The notes below the pieces were generated by a model that saw only the letters and a list, made by a program, of their open reading frames with translations, was not told where the DNA came from and ran no database searches. The translations under genes were made by a program, and so were the position numbers. A stretch of DNA of 64,000 nt, from positions 14,322,001 through 14,386,000 of the forward strand of contig NC_087436.1 in the NCBI RefSeq assembly GCF_036321535.1. Direction: 5' to 3'. The stretch comes from Camelus dromedarius. Lineage: Eukaryota. Numbering within the stretch: the stretch's first letter is position 1; every line of letters begins with the position of its first letter. Positions 38,743 to 49,522 of this stretch are shown one piece after another.

Positions 38743-40280
38743 GTATATTTTAAGATGTGTAAAGCACAACAGATATGATTCATTCTCTAATTTTTTATTT
38801 TGGATCTTTCTTTTGGTATTTGAATCATATTCTATAGCTTTCCTTAGCATAAAGATAGAATATATATTTTTAGAGCTATTTGCTGTCCTTTTCAAGTTCT
38901 GTTGTCACTTGGGTGACCTCTGTTCTCAGCTGGAGTGTCATTCACTGCTTTGTGATGTCCCCACCAACAGAAGCAGGAGTCTTTAAAATTATCCCCTGAA
39001 AACCTGTTTTGCTTCCCACACTGCTCCACCTCCAACCTATTGAATTAACAAGAAGGCAGACTTCTTAAAAACAAACTTTATTTCACATAAAGCTTCCTCC
39101 TTTTTTGATTTTTATTTTCTGTAAGAACCTTTCCCACAAGCTCAGGCAACTTTTTTTTTTTTCAACTTTCAATAATGTGTGTAATAGACCCACTGTGCCG
39201 ATCAGTTCAAAAACTTCTGAGTCTGGGAAAAGCACAGTTCCTAATTAACTCCCAGAGAATGGTTTCAGTGTGTGGGAATCGGTTAAGCACATCTAGTGGT
39301 TTTTATGGGACCTGAGGGAGACGGTACTACGTTTTTAATCAGGCAAACTAAAAAGCTGACACTTCTTAATGACTTAGCAGCCTCACTCGTATGAGGACTC
39401 CAGATGTTCAAAGAGCAACTTAAGAGCAAGTCTAGAAATCCTTGTCAAGTTCCACAGGCCCATGGGGTCGTTACAGAAGCTCAGCCTGGGAATAAATGCC
39501 ACCAGTGGGGCTTTTTTTTTCTTTCTAATTTTGAGATTGTTAAAGGTACAGGGTTTTTGTGTTTGTTTACTTTGATATAAGTGAAAAATGCATTGAAATT
39601 TGAGATACTTGGAATAAAAGTGATTTAGAAGTGTCTACATCTCTCCTGTTAAGTTCAAGGTAGTGGGTAGGAAGATGACCTGTGTTTTTAAATCTGATTA
39701 ACGACTTCTTTTGAGAATCCAAATAAAGCTTTGGATTTTTTCTAGAAAAAGGACAAGTACATAAAATTTGCTTAAGGTTTTAGGAGATTCACTTTTTAAA
39801 ACTCTGCTCCATCTTTCCACCATGTAGAAAGTCTTTATTATTAAAAACTATACAAAATGTTGAAGAGGGAAAAAAACTCTCAGTTTCTGAGGAGCTTGAA
39901 CTAACACCCCACATCTGACTCGTCTTCTTCAGACACTTCAATGTTACCAATAAATGCCTATGGAAATTTTAATAGAATTATTTTCGTAAACTTGTATTTG
40001 AGTTAAGCAATTCGGCCTTTTGCACATTATTTTTAACTTTCCCCTTTGAACGTTATTTTTAATAGCTTGCTTGTGTATTTTTATAAGGAATGAATTCCCC
40101 TTGCCAAATCCAATTAATAAATAGAACTGTCTGAGACCTTGGCTTTCTAGAAGCAGAACACAGAGTCCAGAATTAGTCCCAAGCTGAATCTTCACAACCA
40201 GGACATGTTCATTTCCACACACTCTGATATTGTCCCCTGGTGAAGCATCTGAAACACAGTGTTTAAAAACTGAACATTAC

Positions 40281-40346
40281 AGAGCATGTTTAGTATGCAT
40301 GAGGTCCTGGGTTCAATCCCCAGTACCTCCAATAAAACAAACAAAC
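40281..40346 (+). mobile_element. 5'-truncated Vic-1-like SINE with TSD
   Basis: gcatgaggtcctgggttcaatccccagtacctcc, flanked by GAACATTACAGA at 40272-40283 and 40347-40358. Confidence 0.85.
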
Positions 40347-41924
40347 GAACATTACAGACCCCATGCTAACTTCTTAGGAATGACGTGTTTTCTGTTTTCA
40401 GACCAAAGAAAATAACGATTCAATCATAGACTCATTTTCAGTTGAGCTATTTCTGAACTGGGAGGAGGACTGTCATCGAGGGGTAAAATATTGTTTCTTC
40501 AAGAGCCTTCTCTGCCGGTGCATTTTGTTAGGTAGTGAGAGGGGATGAAGAGTAGTTAAAAGTTAAAGTAAGACCTAGTCCCCACCTGGTCCCTGTCACC
40601 TGGTTGGGAAGACAGAATAAACGCACTGGGTAATAAAAAGCCATTAGATGCTAAGTTTCAGATCAGCGTGGTGAAAGAATCCCCAGAGGGCAGAGACGAG
40701 CTGGTGTGAGCTGCTACGGACAGGAAGCTTCCCTGCAGAGTGCACCCCCCCACCCCGACCTGGGCACGTGAAGTGTCGGGTAATCAACCCAGGCTGGAAA
40801 AATTCGGAGGTTTTTAATTCGGTACCATACAGAAGGAAGAAAGAGTATATGTTTACAGTATCTCCAAACATAGATTGCAGAAGACACGGCTGCTGAGTCA
40901 CCTGGGGCTTTGTACATACTGTAGGTAAATCCACAAAACTCCACGCTTGAGTCCATAAAGCTCCAACGAGAAAATGCCCTTCCATTCTGTAGGTGCACAG
41001 AATCTTCACATGTAAACTAAAAAACAACTAAAATAGCAATTCCTGCCACAGATACGACAGGAAAAGTTAGGCCTAAGGCCATGCCTCTGTAAGATATTTG
41101 GGGTAGGGTTGGTGAAGGGTCCAGCAGGGAATACCAGCGTCCCAAAGAGCGCTGAGGTCAGGGAAATTATTTTGGGAGCTCGAAGTTTCTATCAAGTATG
41201 TTAAGGAGTGGCTGGAAAGTCATCTGGCTCACATTACGACTTCTTCCTGCTCCAGCCACGGCAGGGTGACTTTCAAGGAGCACAACTCTGCCTGCCTGCA
41301 AGGCTGTGAAGAAAGAATAAACCACCTCCTCACTGAACTTACTTTACTTTCCAGTGACTCAGTTTCTCAGTAACTTTCACTTGAACTTTCAATTTAAGTA
41401 TGAAAATTATTCTAAGCAGTCTATTCAAAGTCAGGTCCCACTTCCCACCCCCCAGTTCCAACCATTAACACTTAAGTATCCACTTAAACCAGGTTTGTGC
41501 TACTAAGAAGGTCGTATGTAGCTGAAAAAAATCACTAAGTTAATGTTATATTCTGGGAACCTAAGGCTAGCTCAGTTCTTCTATGGAAGTGGCTAGTGTC
41601 TCTTTGTCTCACAAACTTTCATTTCTGCCCATCTGTTTCTTCTGTGATGATGGTAACACTAGCTGCCCGTATTGGATGCTTATGTGCCTGGCACTATGTT
41701 AAGAATTTTACATTCATTACTTCATATAACACCCTAATAGCAATAACCCTGTGAGGAAGGTATGATCCCAGTTTTACACACAGGGAAACTAGTAAGTGGT
41801 CTAACTCCATCCCTTACATCCTCCCTCCTTCTGGAATGCTTTTCCCACTCTATTCTCTCCATCCAAATTTAGTGAAGGCCCAGCTGAAATCCTGTGTCCT
41901 CTGGTAAATGCTCCTACTGCAAAC

Positions 41925-42434
41925 TGTCAACTGAAATAAAATGCACAGCCTAAAAATTGAGAGTTTTGTTTTATTTAGTAGACTTTCTGAGGACTTGAGC
42001 CTGGGAGGCAGCCTCTCAGATCTCTCTAAGAGACTGTTCCACCCAGGTAAGGGAGGAGGCAGGATATATAGGAGTTTTTGCAACAAAGACCAGGTAGTCG
42101 GAACATCAAAAGTTTACCGTTAAAGGAAACCAGATATCTCAAGGAATTTTGTGCTTTTGTATATATATGGCAAGGTGCAAAGGTCTGGGCTCATTGAAAT
42201 CATTCCTTTGATATGCACCTGGCTCTCTAGGGCCGGTGTCCTGTGCTTTCCCATCCTGAGTTCCCTCAGGGGCACCGTTGGGGGTGGCAGCAGAGGCCGG
42301 GCTGCCTGCTTGTCTCCATCCTGAGTTCCCTCCGCTCACTGTCAGGGCAGGGGCAGGGGGCCGTAGCGGCTGATGACTTGATGACGACAGCATCCTTTGT
42401 TTACTGATACGAAAGGCACCATTTTTAATTCACA
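41925..42434 (-). mobile_element. ERV1-class (MER41-like) solo LTR
   Basis: TG...CA termini, ctgggctcattgaaatcattcctttgatatgcacc, and an internal 17-bp direct repeat ccatcctgagttccctc (42251-42267, 42316-42332). The family is assigned from memory. Confidence 0.7.
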
Positions 42435-42580
42435 GTTCTGTTCTGGCTTCGCCCTTGCCTGGGTGGAACAGTCTCTTAAAAGGATCTGGGAGGCTGCCTC
42501 CCAGGCCCAAGTCCTCAGAAAGTCCACTGAGTAAAATATAACCCTCAACTTTAAGGCTGTGCATTTTATTTCAGTTGACA
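42435..42580 (+). mobile_element. 3' fragment of the same LTR family in the opposite orientation
   Basis: 42452-42580 is the reverse complement of 41925-42053 with 14 mismatches in 129 nt (hand count). Confidence 0.8.
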
Positions 42581-43280
42581 CTACATAGATCTCATTTCAA
42601 AATTTGTAAAGCATTTATTCACTGACCTCAGAACAGCACCTTGGTAAAACATGGAGTGGAGGAGATTTCATAACCTAAGCAGAGTTAAAGCATATTGAGA
42701 ACTTACCATATGTGAGGAATTGTTCTAAGAATTATATGTGGATTAAGTGACTTTACTCTCATAGTAAGGCTATGAGGTCAGTGCTATTGTTTCTACTTTA
42801 TAAATGGGAAAACTAAGTCTGAGGGGTTAAATAACTTTCCTAGGGGCACAGGAGTTAATATGTGCGAGCACGTAGCGCAGTGTCTGGGGCACAGAGTATT
42901 CTAATAGTATTTAGCTACTATTACTATTTCATTCTACTTCCTCTCCAAAAACATTCTCTGTCTTCAGTCAGTTGACTCATTTTCCCTGGAAGAAAAAAAT
43001 GCATCTTCAGTGAGTCAGATACTGGGTTAGGTAGAAAGTTTTCATAATTGTCATTTCATTTCATTCATTCAATGACTATTTATTGAACACCTACCATGTG
43101 CCAGGTTCTGTTCTAGGCATCAGGATATGACAACAAGACAAAACAAAAGGTGATTTTCATGATAATTCTATAAAGGAAGTTTATTAAGATCACTATTACA
43201 AGTGGTGAAACCTGAGGCTCATGCTAACCAGTTGAAGGCTTGGGGTTTAAATAAAAATCTCTCAAAAGTTCTGGGTCTCC

Positions 43281-44249
43281 AGAGAAATGCAAATCAAAAC
43301 TATAATGAGGTATCACCTCACACTGATCAGAATGGCCATTATTAAAATGTTCACAAGTGATGAATGCTGGAAAATGTGTGGAGAAAGGGGAATCCTTCTG
43401 CATTGTTGGTGAGAGTGTAGTTTGATGCAGTCATTATGGAAAACAGCATGGAGATTCCTTTAAAAACTAAAAATAGGGTTTCCCTATGATCCAGTAATCT
43501 GACTCATGAGCATGTGTCTGGAGAAAGCTCTAATTCGAAAAGATACATGCACCCCAATGTTCATAGCAGCACTATTTTTTTTAAGATTGTAAAACTTTAT
43601 TTTATTTTTTATATATTTTTATTGAAGTACAGTTTACAATGTTGTTTTTTAAAGTTTTTAAAATTTTATTTATTGATTTATTGATTTATCATAGCAGCAC
43701 TATTTACAATAGCCAGGACATGGAAACAACCTAAATGTTCATTGACAGATCAACGGATGACTGGATAAAGAAGATGTGGGATATTTATACTCAACCATAA
43801 AAAAGAGTGAAATAATGCTATTTCCAGCAACATGGATGGACGTGGAGATTGTCATTCTAAGTGAAGTAAGCCAGAAAGAGAAAGAAAAATACCATATGAT
43901 ATCACTTATATGTGGAATCTTTAAAAAAGACACAAATGGACTTACTTACAAAATGGAAACAGATTCACAGACATAGAAAACAAACTTATGGTTACTAAAG
44001 GGGAAAGAAGGGGGAGGGATAAATTAGGAATTTCAGATTAACAGATACACACTACTATATATAAAATAGATAAACAAGGTCCTACTGCATAGCACAGAGA
44101 ACTATATTCAATATCTCGTAGTAACCTATAATAAAAAAATATGAAAACAAATATATGTATGTATATGTATGATTGAAATATGATGCTGTACACCAGAAAC
44201 TGATGCAAATTGTAAATTGACTATACTTCAATTAAAAAAAAAAAAAGGG
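43281..44249 (+). mobile_element. 5'-truncated L1 with poly(A) and a perfect 16-bp TSD
   Basis: agagaaatgcaaatcaaaactataatgagg...ctatacttcaattaaaaaaa. TSD AAAGTTCTGGGTCTCC at 43265-43280 and 44250-44265. Confidence 0.92.
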
Positions 44250-47200
44250 AAAGTTCTGGGTCTCCCCTCCACATCTCCACCCAGAAGATAATGCTGCTTC
44301 TGCCTGTCATCCACTTGATATAAACTATTCTCCCCCATGGGACACAATGCATTTGGAGAATAGGAAGCATTTGTTTCTCTTTCTCACTTTTAGGTTGCAG
44401 CTTCCCAATAACATCGCCATCATCCTCAAACGGTGTTTAAAGACTATGCATGCCATGTCATTGGTGAGGCTGTTCCCCCAGCGATGCCTGCCCCCCACCC
44501 CCACCCCAGGAATGTCTTCAAGTAACTATTCAGGGGTGTGGGGAGTAGGGTTGCTTTGGATGATGACAAGGGGTAGGGGTGGGCTGGGCTTTGAGCCCCA
44601 GTAGCCCTTCCTTCTCCTAGAGTCCCTAAGACGACCTCCCATAAATCCCAAAGAACTCTCCTGCTCCTCAGGACACAAGAGAAACCACTGTGATCAAGGG
44701 AAAAGCTTCACTTGGGGGAATCATAAAGCCCATTTATTACTGTGTTATTTATTTAACAAACTTATTTACAAATCCTAATTGCTCTTAGATCTTGCTGTGA
44801 GTCCCAATTTGCCCCTTACACACTGTATGATTATGGTCAAATCAATTAACTTCCCCGAGCCTCAGTTTCTTTATCTGTTAAACGAGAGTAATTAAATCTC
44901 ACAAATCACAGGAATCGAATGAAATGAGTCACATGCCAGTGCTTCAGAGACCAACAGACATTAACTATTGTCCTTTCGGTAATTATGGCTCTACAAAAGA
45001 GGTAGATGTTTCTTCTCCGAGGAGCTCCTGAGCTCTGATGCTGGGAGTGGACACGGTCAAGCCCAGCTGTAGAGACCAGGCTGGGCGACAGAACCAGGAA
45101 CTGTGCCTCAGCTATCAGAAGAGCACGAACAGGATGGTGTCAGTCACAGTCAATCTAGAACGGGGTGTGTGTCTGTGGGTGGGTGATTACTGCATTAAAC
45201 CTAGCCAGTGTTTAATCCACAGGAGACTGCCCCCCCCACCGCCCCATCTAAATTCTACTCACCTTTCAGGTCTCAGCTTAATATTGTTTCCTCTTGGAAG
45301 CCCTCCTGATTCCCAAGACCTATGTAAGGGATTATTTTCCTGTGTGCTCCCACAGCATTCTCTACTCCCCAGCCCCTTTTCTTCATAGTTTTCTTGTCTA
45401 GCTCCTCAACCAGACCATAATCTCAATGAGGAGTTAAGCCACGCCCATCTTTTTCCACATTGTATTCTCAGCATTTAACAACATCTAATTCTGGCACGTA
45501 GTGGGACCTCAAGACATACTTGTGTGCAAAGGTGATTCTGTATCTGGACTGAAGAGGTCGGGAGAACTTAGACCCCTGGTATATTTCTAGAAGACTTCCA
45601 GAAAGCTGCCATGTTAGGACTCTAGGTCGAAGACTTCTTATCATAAAGCACATAGTGATCATGTGCTCCTAAGGTGACTCTGAGATCAGGCCAACACCCT
45701 GATCACATTATACGTGCTCAGAAAATGTCTATTGATTTCTGATTCCCAGATGACCTTTGTGCGACTAGCCTGTTAAGGACCTTCATGTGACAGCTTATCC
45801 TTGACGGTGTGTGTCTATAATGAAGCCTTAAGTCCAGGTTTGGGAGCACAGGTGGGAGAGGTGCTCCTTCTTAAGAACTCAGCCTCTGAAGTGCAGACAA
45901 GCTTGGAAGAGACTGGAAGGGACGCCAAGCAGTGTTGAATTATTGGACTTGTCTGGGGCGTACAAGTATCCTTGTCAGCTTCAGAAGGGCCAGTGAGTCT
46001 GCTGTTCACTGAAAAATTTCATGCATTGCAAGGAGATGAAATGGTATTGAGAATGAAATGAAATGTCATCCACAGTGAAATGAAATGTCTGTGGAGGAGG
46101 CTGACAAGGCTGACAGAGCTGACAGTCTTGGGCAGACATCCATTTAGCATAAGTTAATTTACCGGCCAGCTCAACCCAGAAGGATGCTTATATCCGGCTC
46201 ACGCTATGATATATATGAGGCTCTGACATGATGGTAGGAGGGGAGAGAGAGAGAGAAAAAAAAAGAGGCCACTTCCAAGGGCATAATATATTTTATGTAT
46301 GAATTGCAGAAGCAAAAGAAAAACCAGGAAGAAACTAAGTGTTTTTCATCTTTTTTAGACCCCTGCCCTCCTTGTATCTATGTCAGCTCCTTCTTCAGAA
46401 CACAGGGCTCAAGCAGTTTGATGCATCAAGTTAAACTATGTGTCTTCATGGGATGAATAAAAGATTTCACGGGGAATCGGCCAGAGATATGCATATACCT
46501 ATAGCGGCATATGTAAGTACATGGTTAACTTTCTATGAAAGTCAATCAGAAAGCCAGTCAACCATGGTACACACATATCTCTTACAATATGACTTTGTAC
46601 TAGAGAGGAGTAAATACTCTGGTTGTAATTCAAAAACATATAAAATGCAATGAATAGGACCTTGGTTTCTAAAAGCGTGAAATATTCAGAAAGACTAGCC
46701 GACGATTTGATTTAGTGCTCTTCTAATGACAAGCAGCTGACAGAAACAATTCCTAGTAAAGCAACTGAAAGTTTCAAATTTCTCCCTAAGTATACAGGGA
46801 GAGAAGCACAGAAGCAGTTCCACAGAAGAAACATCAAAGAGGTAACGAGGATAAAACATGCTTAGACTGTAAGCCACTCCCCTTGGGCACCTTGGACAGA
46901 GTAGGTATCCAACACTTCCTTTCAATGGGAGGGGTGAGGGTTTCCTTCTGAAGGAGGACTGAAGTCTTCTGACATCCGAAAGTGATGGTGGTAACCATCC
47001 AGCGGCCCTGCCGTGGCTGTCAGTTGTCACGAGGTGGTCAATCACAGAAGACGCCCTGGGAGAAGAAAAGGTGACGTCCTGAGCAGAATGACTATGTCCA
47101 GTGTGGGTGTGGCTCCCCACTCTGCAGTTCTTCCTGCCCGATCTCAAGGTGCCCGGGGAGAGGTCGGGTGGGCGGCACAGGAGAGTGCTGCAGATGGAAT

Positions 47201-48505
47201 ACTTTGCCTACCAGCAGCAAAGCAATTTGATTTGCAAAGCAGCTATACTCTTGAAATTTTGGATTTAAATATAAAATGAAATCATATTATAAGTGCACTT
47301 CAGGAATTTATTGTGTAAAGGACATCCCTTGTGCACCTTCTCTCAAGTGCAAACTCTTACTTTAAAGCGAAACAATACAGATAATAATATTTTAACCAAT
47401 ATACCCTTTAATTTTGACTTTTAAATGACAGGTTTTCCTATGGTGAATTACCTTTATATTCTGCAGTCTATTTCTGTAATCATTTTGTGTTCCAAAGCAA
47501 TAGATTAATAAATCATTGAAACATGAAATACATTTGGTAAATTTTTTTAAGGTACAGAACCAAGAAAAAGTTGCTCTCTTCAAATTGTGTGAGGCAGAAA
47601 TCTATTTGTACTGTTACTTCATAAAGGAAATAATAATTTGACATCCAAGAAGTAAAAAGGACACAGCATAAAAGTCAGTTGGTAGGCTGACAACAAACAG
47701 CGATGAAATATAATTTTACAAATACATACATAGTGTTTGAATTTAGAAGAATTGTGGTATGAAATTTCATTTTACAATATTATATTTATATAATTGTTAA
47801 TTTGATACACATTTATCAGCTTAGGGTTATATTTTCAATGAGATATCATGAAATAGAGCTTAAAATTTTCAATATATTCTCACATTTTGCCTCATCATTC
47901 ACTGTTAAACTCTGTTTCTCTGTTTCTGACAAAAATGGAAGCAACCCTCCTCATGGCATTTCTCTCAATATGGAATATTCTGTGTAAGCTGAAGCAAGTT
48001 CACTGACAGCGCTGCTGCTACACTTATCCTTACTGGGTTCTGAAGAATCTAGGGGGTGCGACGCAGGTTCCCATAAGAAGGTCCTGCTCAGTGATTCCTC
48101 TTGGCTGAGGTTGGGCGGCTGGAGGCTCAGGGCCCGCAGGGTTTATGGCGAAAGATGAAAATTTCCCTTGGACCAGTGCATCTGGGAAACACTGTCCTAC
48201 AGGATATGGATGAAGGTCAAGTTTTTTTTTTTTAATGTGAAAATAGTGGTTTAATAGTCCTTGATGTTATCTGAGGTAGTCAGCACAGAAGCACATAGCA
48301 CCTTCAGGGCTAGAGGGTCAGGACAAGAAAACTCATTACGCACAAGACTCCCAGTTTCCGAAACAAGTTTGCTTTTAATTGTCGACAACCGTTAGATAAT
48401 TAGCTGTAGCAGGAATAAAAAAGGAATCACAAAGAGTAAATAAATTTCCCATCTTGTCAATGCATTGTCTCCCCCCTTGTCCATTTTCTGCAGTGGGTCA
48501 CACAT

Positions 48506-49522
48506 TGCAGTGGGTTGAGTAATGTCCCTTCAAAATTCATGTCCACGCAGAACCTCAGAATGTGGACTTATTTGGAAAGAAAATCTTTGCAGCTGTAATT
48601 AGTTAAGGATCTTGAGATGAAATCATCCTGGATTGAGGGCAGGCCCTCAATTCCATGACTCGTGTTCTCATCAGAGGAGGAAAGACTGTACATTGGGGAC
48701 TGACACAGTGTTGCAGGTCAATTGGCCTTCCACAAAAAACTCACAGTACAAGAGATCAGATATGTGGTTACCAGAGGCAGGAGGTGGAGGGAGGGGAAAC
48801 TGGATGAGGGCAGTCATGAGGTACAAATTTCTAGTTACAAGATACCTAAGGACTAGTGTGTTATGTCCAACATGAGAAATGTAATTAATGCCACCGTATG
48901 TTATCTATGAATGTTGTTAGAATAAATCCTGAGTTCTCATCACAAAGAAAAAAGATTATTTTCTTTTTCTTTAATCTTGTATCTATAGGAGATGATGGAT
49001 GTTCACTCAACTTATTGTGGTAACTGTTTCATGATGTATGTAAGTCAAATCATGAGTCTGTCCACCTTAAATGCTCTGTGTCAGTTACAGCACAATGAAA
49101 CTGGAGGAGAGGGAGGATGTAGCTCAGTGGTAGGGGGTGTGTTTAGCACGCATGAGGTCCTCAGTACCTCCATTAAAAGAAAATAATAATAAAACATAAA
49201 AATAAATAAACCTAATTACCCCCCAAAAAAGAAAAAGAAATGGAAAAAAATTGGAAGAACAAAGTTGACACAAAAAATTAATAAAAATCAGAAGAAGAGA
49301 GGACACAAAGAGACACGCAAGGAAGAAGACCAGGTGAAGACAGAGGCAGAGACTGAAGTGGCGTTGCCACAAGCCACAGCGAGCCAGGAGCCACCAGAAG
49401 CTGGAATAAACAAGATTGCCCCCTGCCGGCACCTTCACTTTTGACTTCTGGCCTCTGGAACCGTGAGAGAATACATTTTTGTGTTTTAAGCCACCGAGTT
49501 AGTGGCCCTAGGAAAGTAATCA
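48506..49522 (+). mobile_element. MLT1B-like LTR interrupted by L1 3' ends and a SINE
   Basis: 5' half gaacctcagaatgtggacttatttggaaa and 3' half gtgaagacagaggcagagactgaagtg...ttttaagccacc, with an L1MA-type 3' UTR at about 48745-49105. Confidence 0.75.
49111..49240 (+). mobile_element. Vic-1-like SINE
   Basis: gtagctcagtggtagg...ttagcacgcatgaggtcc, with tail aataaataaacctaattacccccc. Confidence 0.8.

Noticed and set aside
43776..43976. 66-aa ORF (and likewise 63687-63929)
   Set aside because: These are fragments of 5'-truncated L1 ORF2 ends, not genes.
44921..44931. AICE2-like motif GAAATGAGTCA
   Set aside because: It is a single short motif inside a decayed MIR with no other support.
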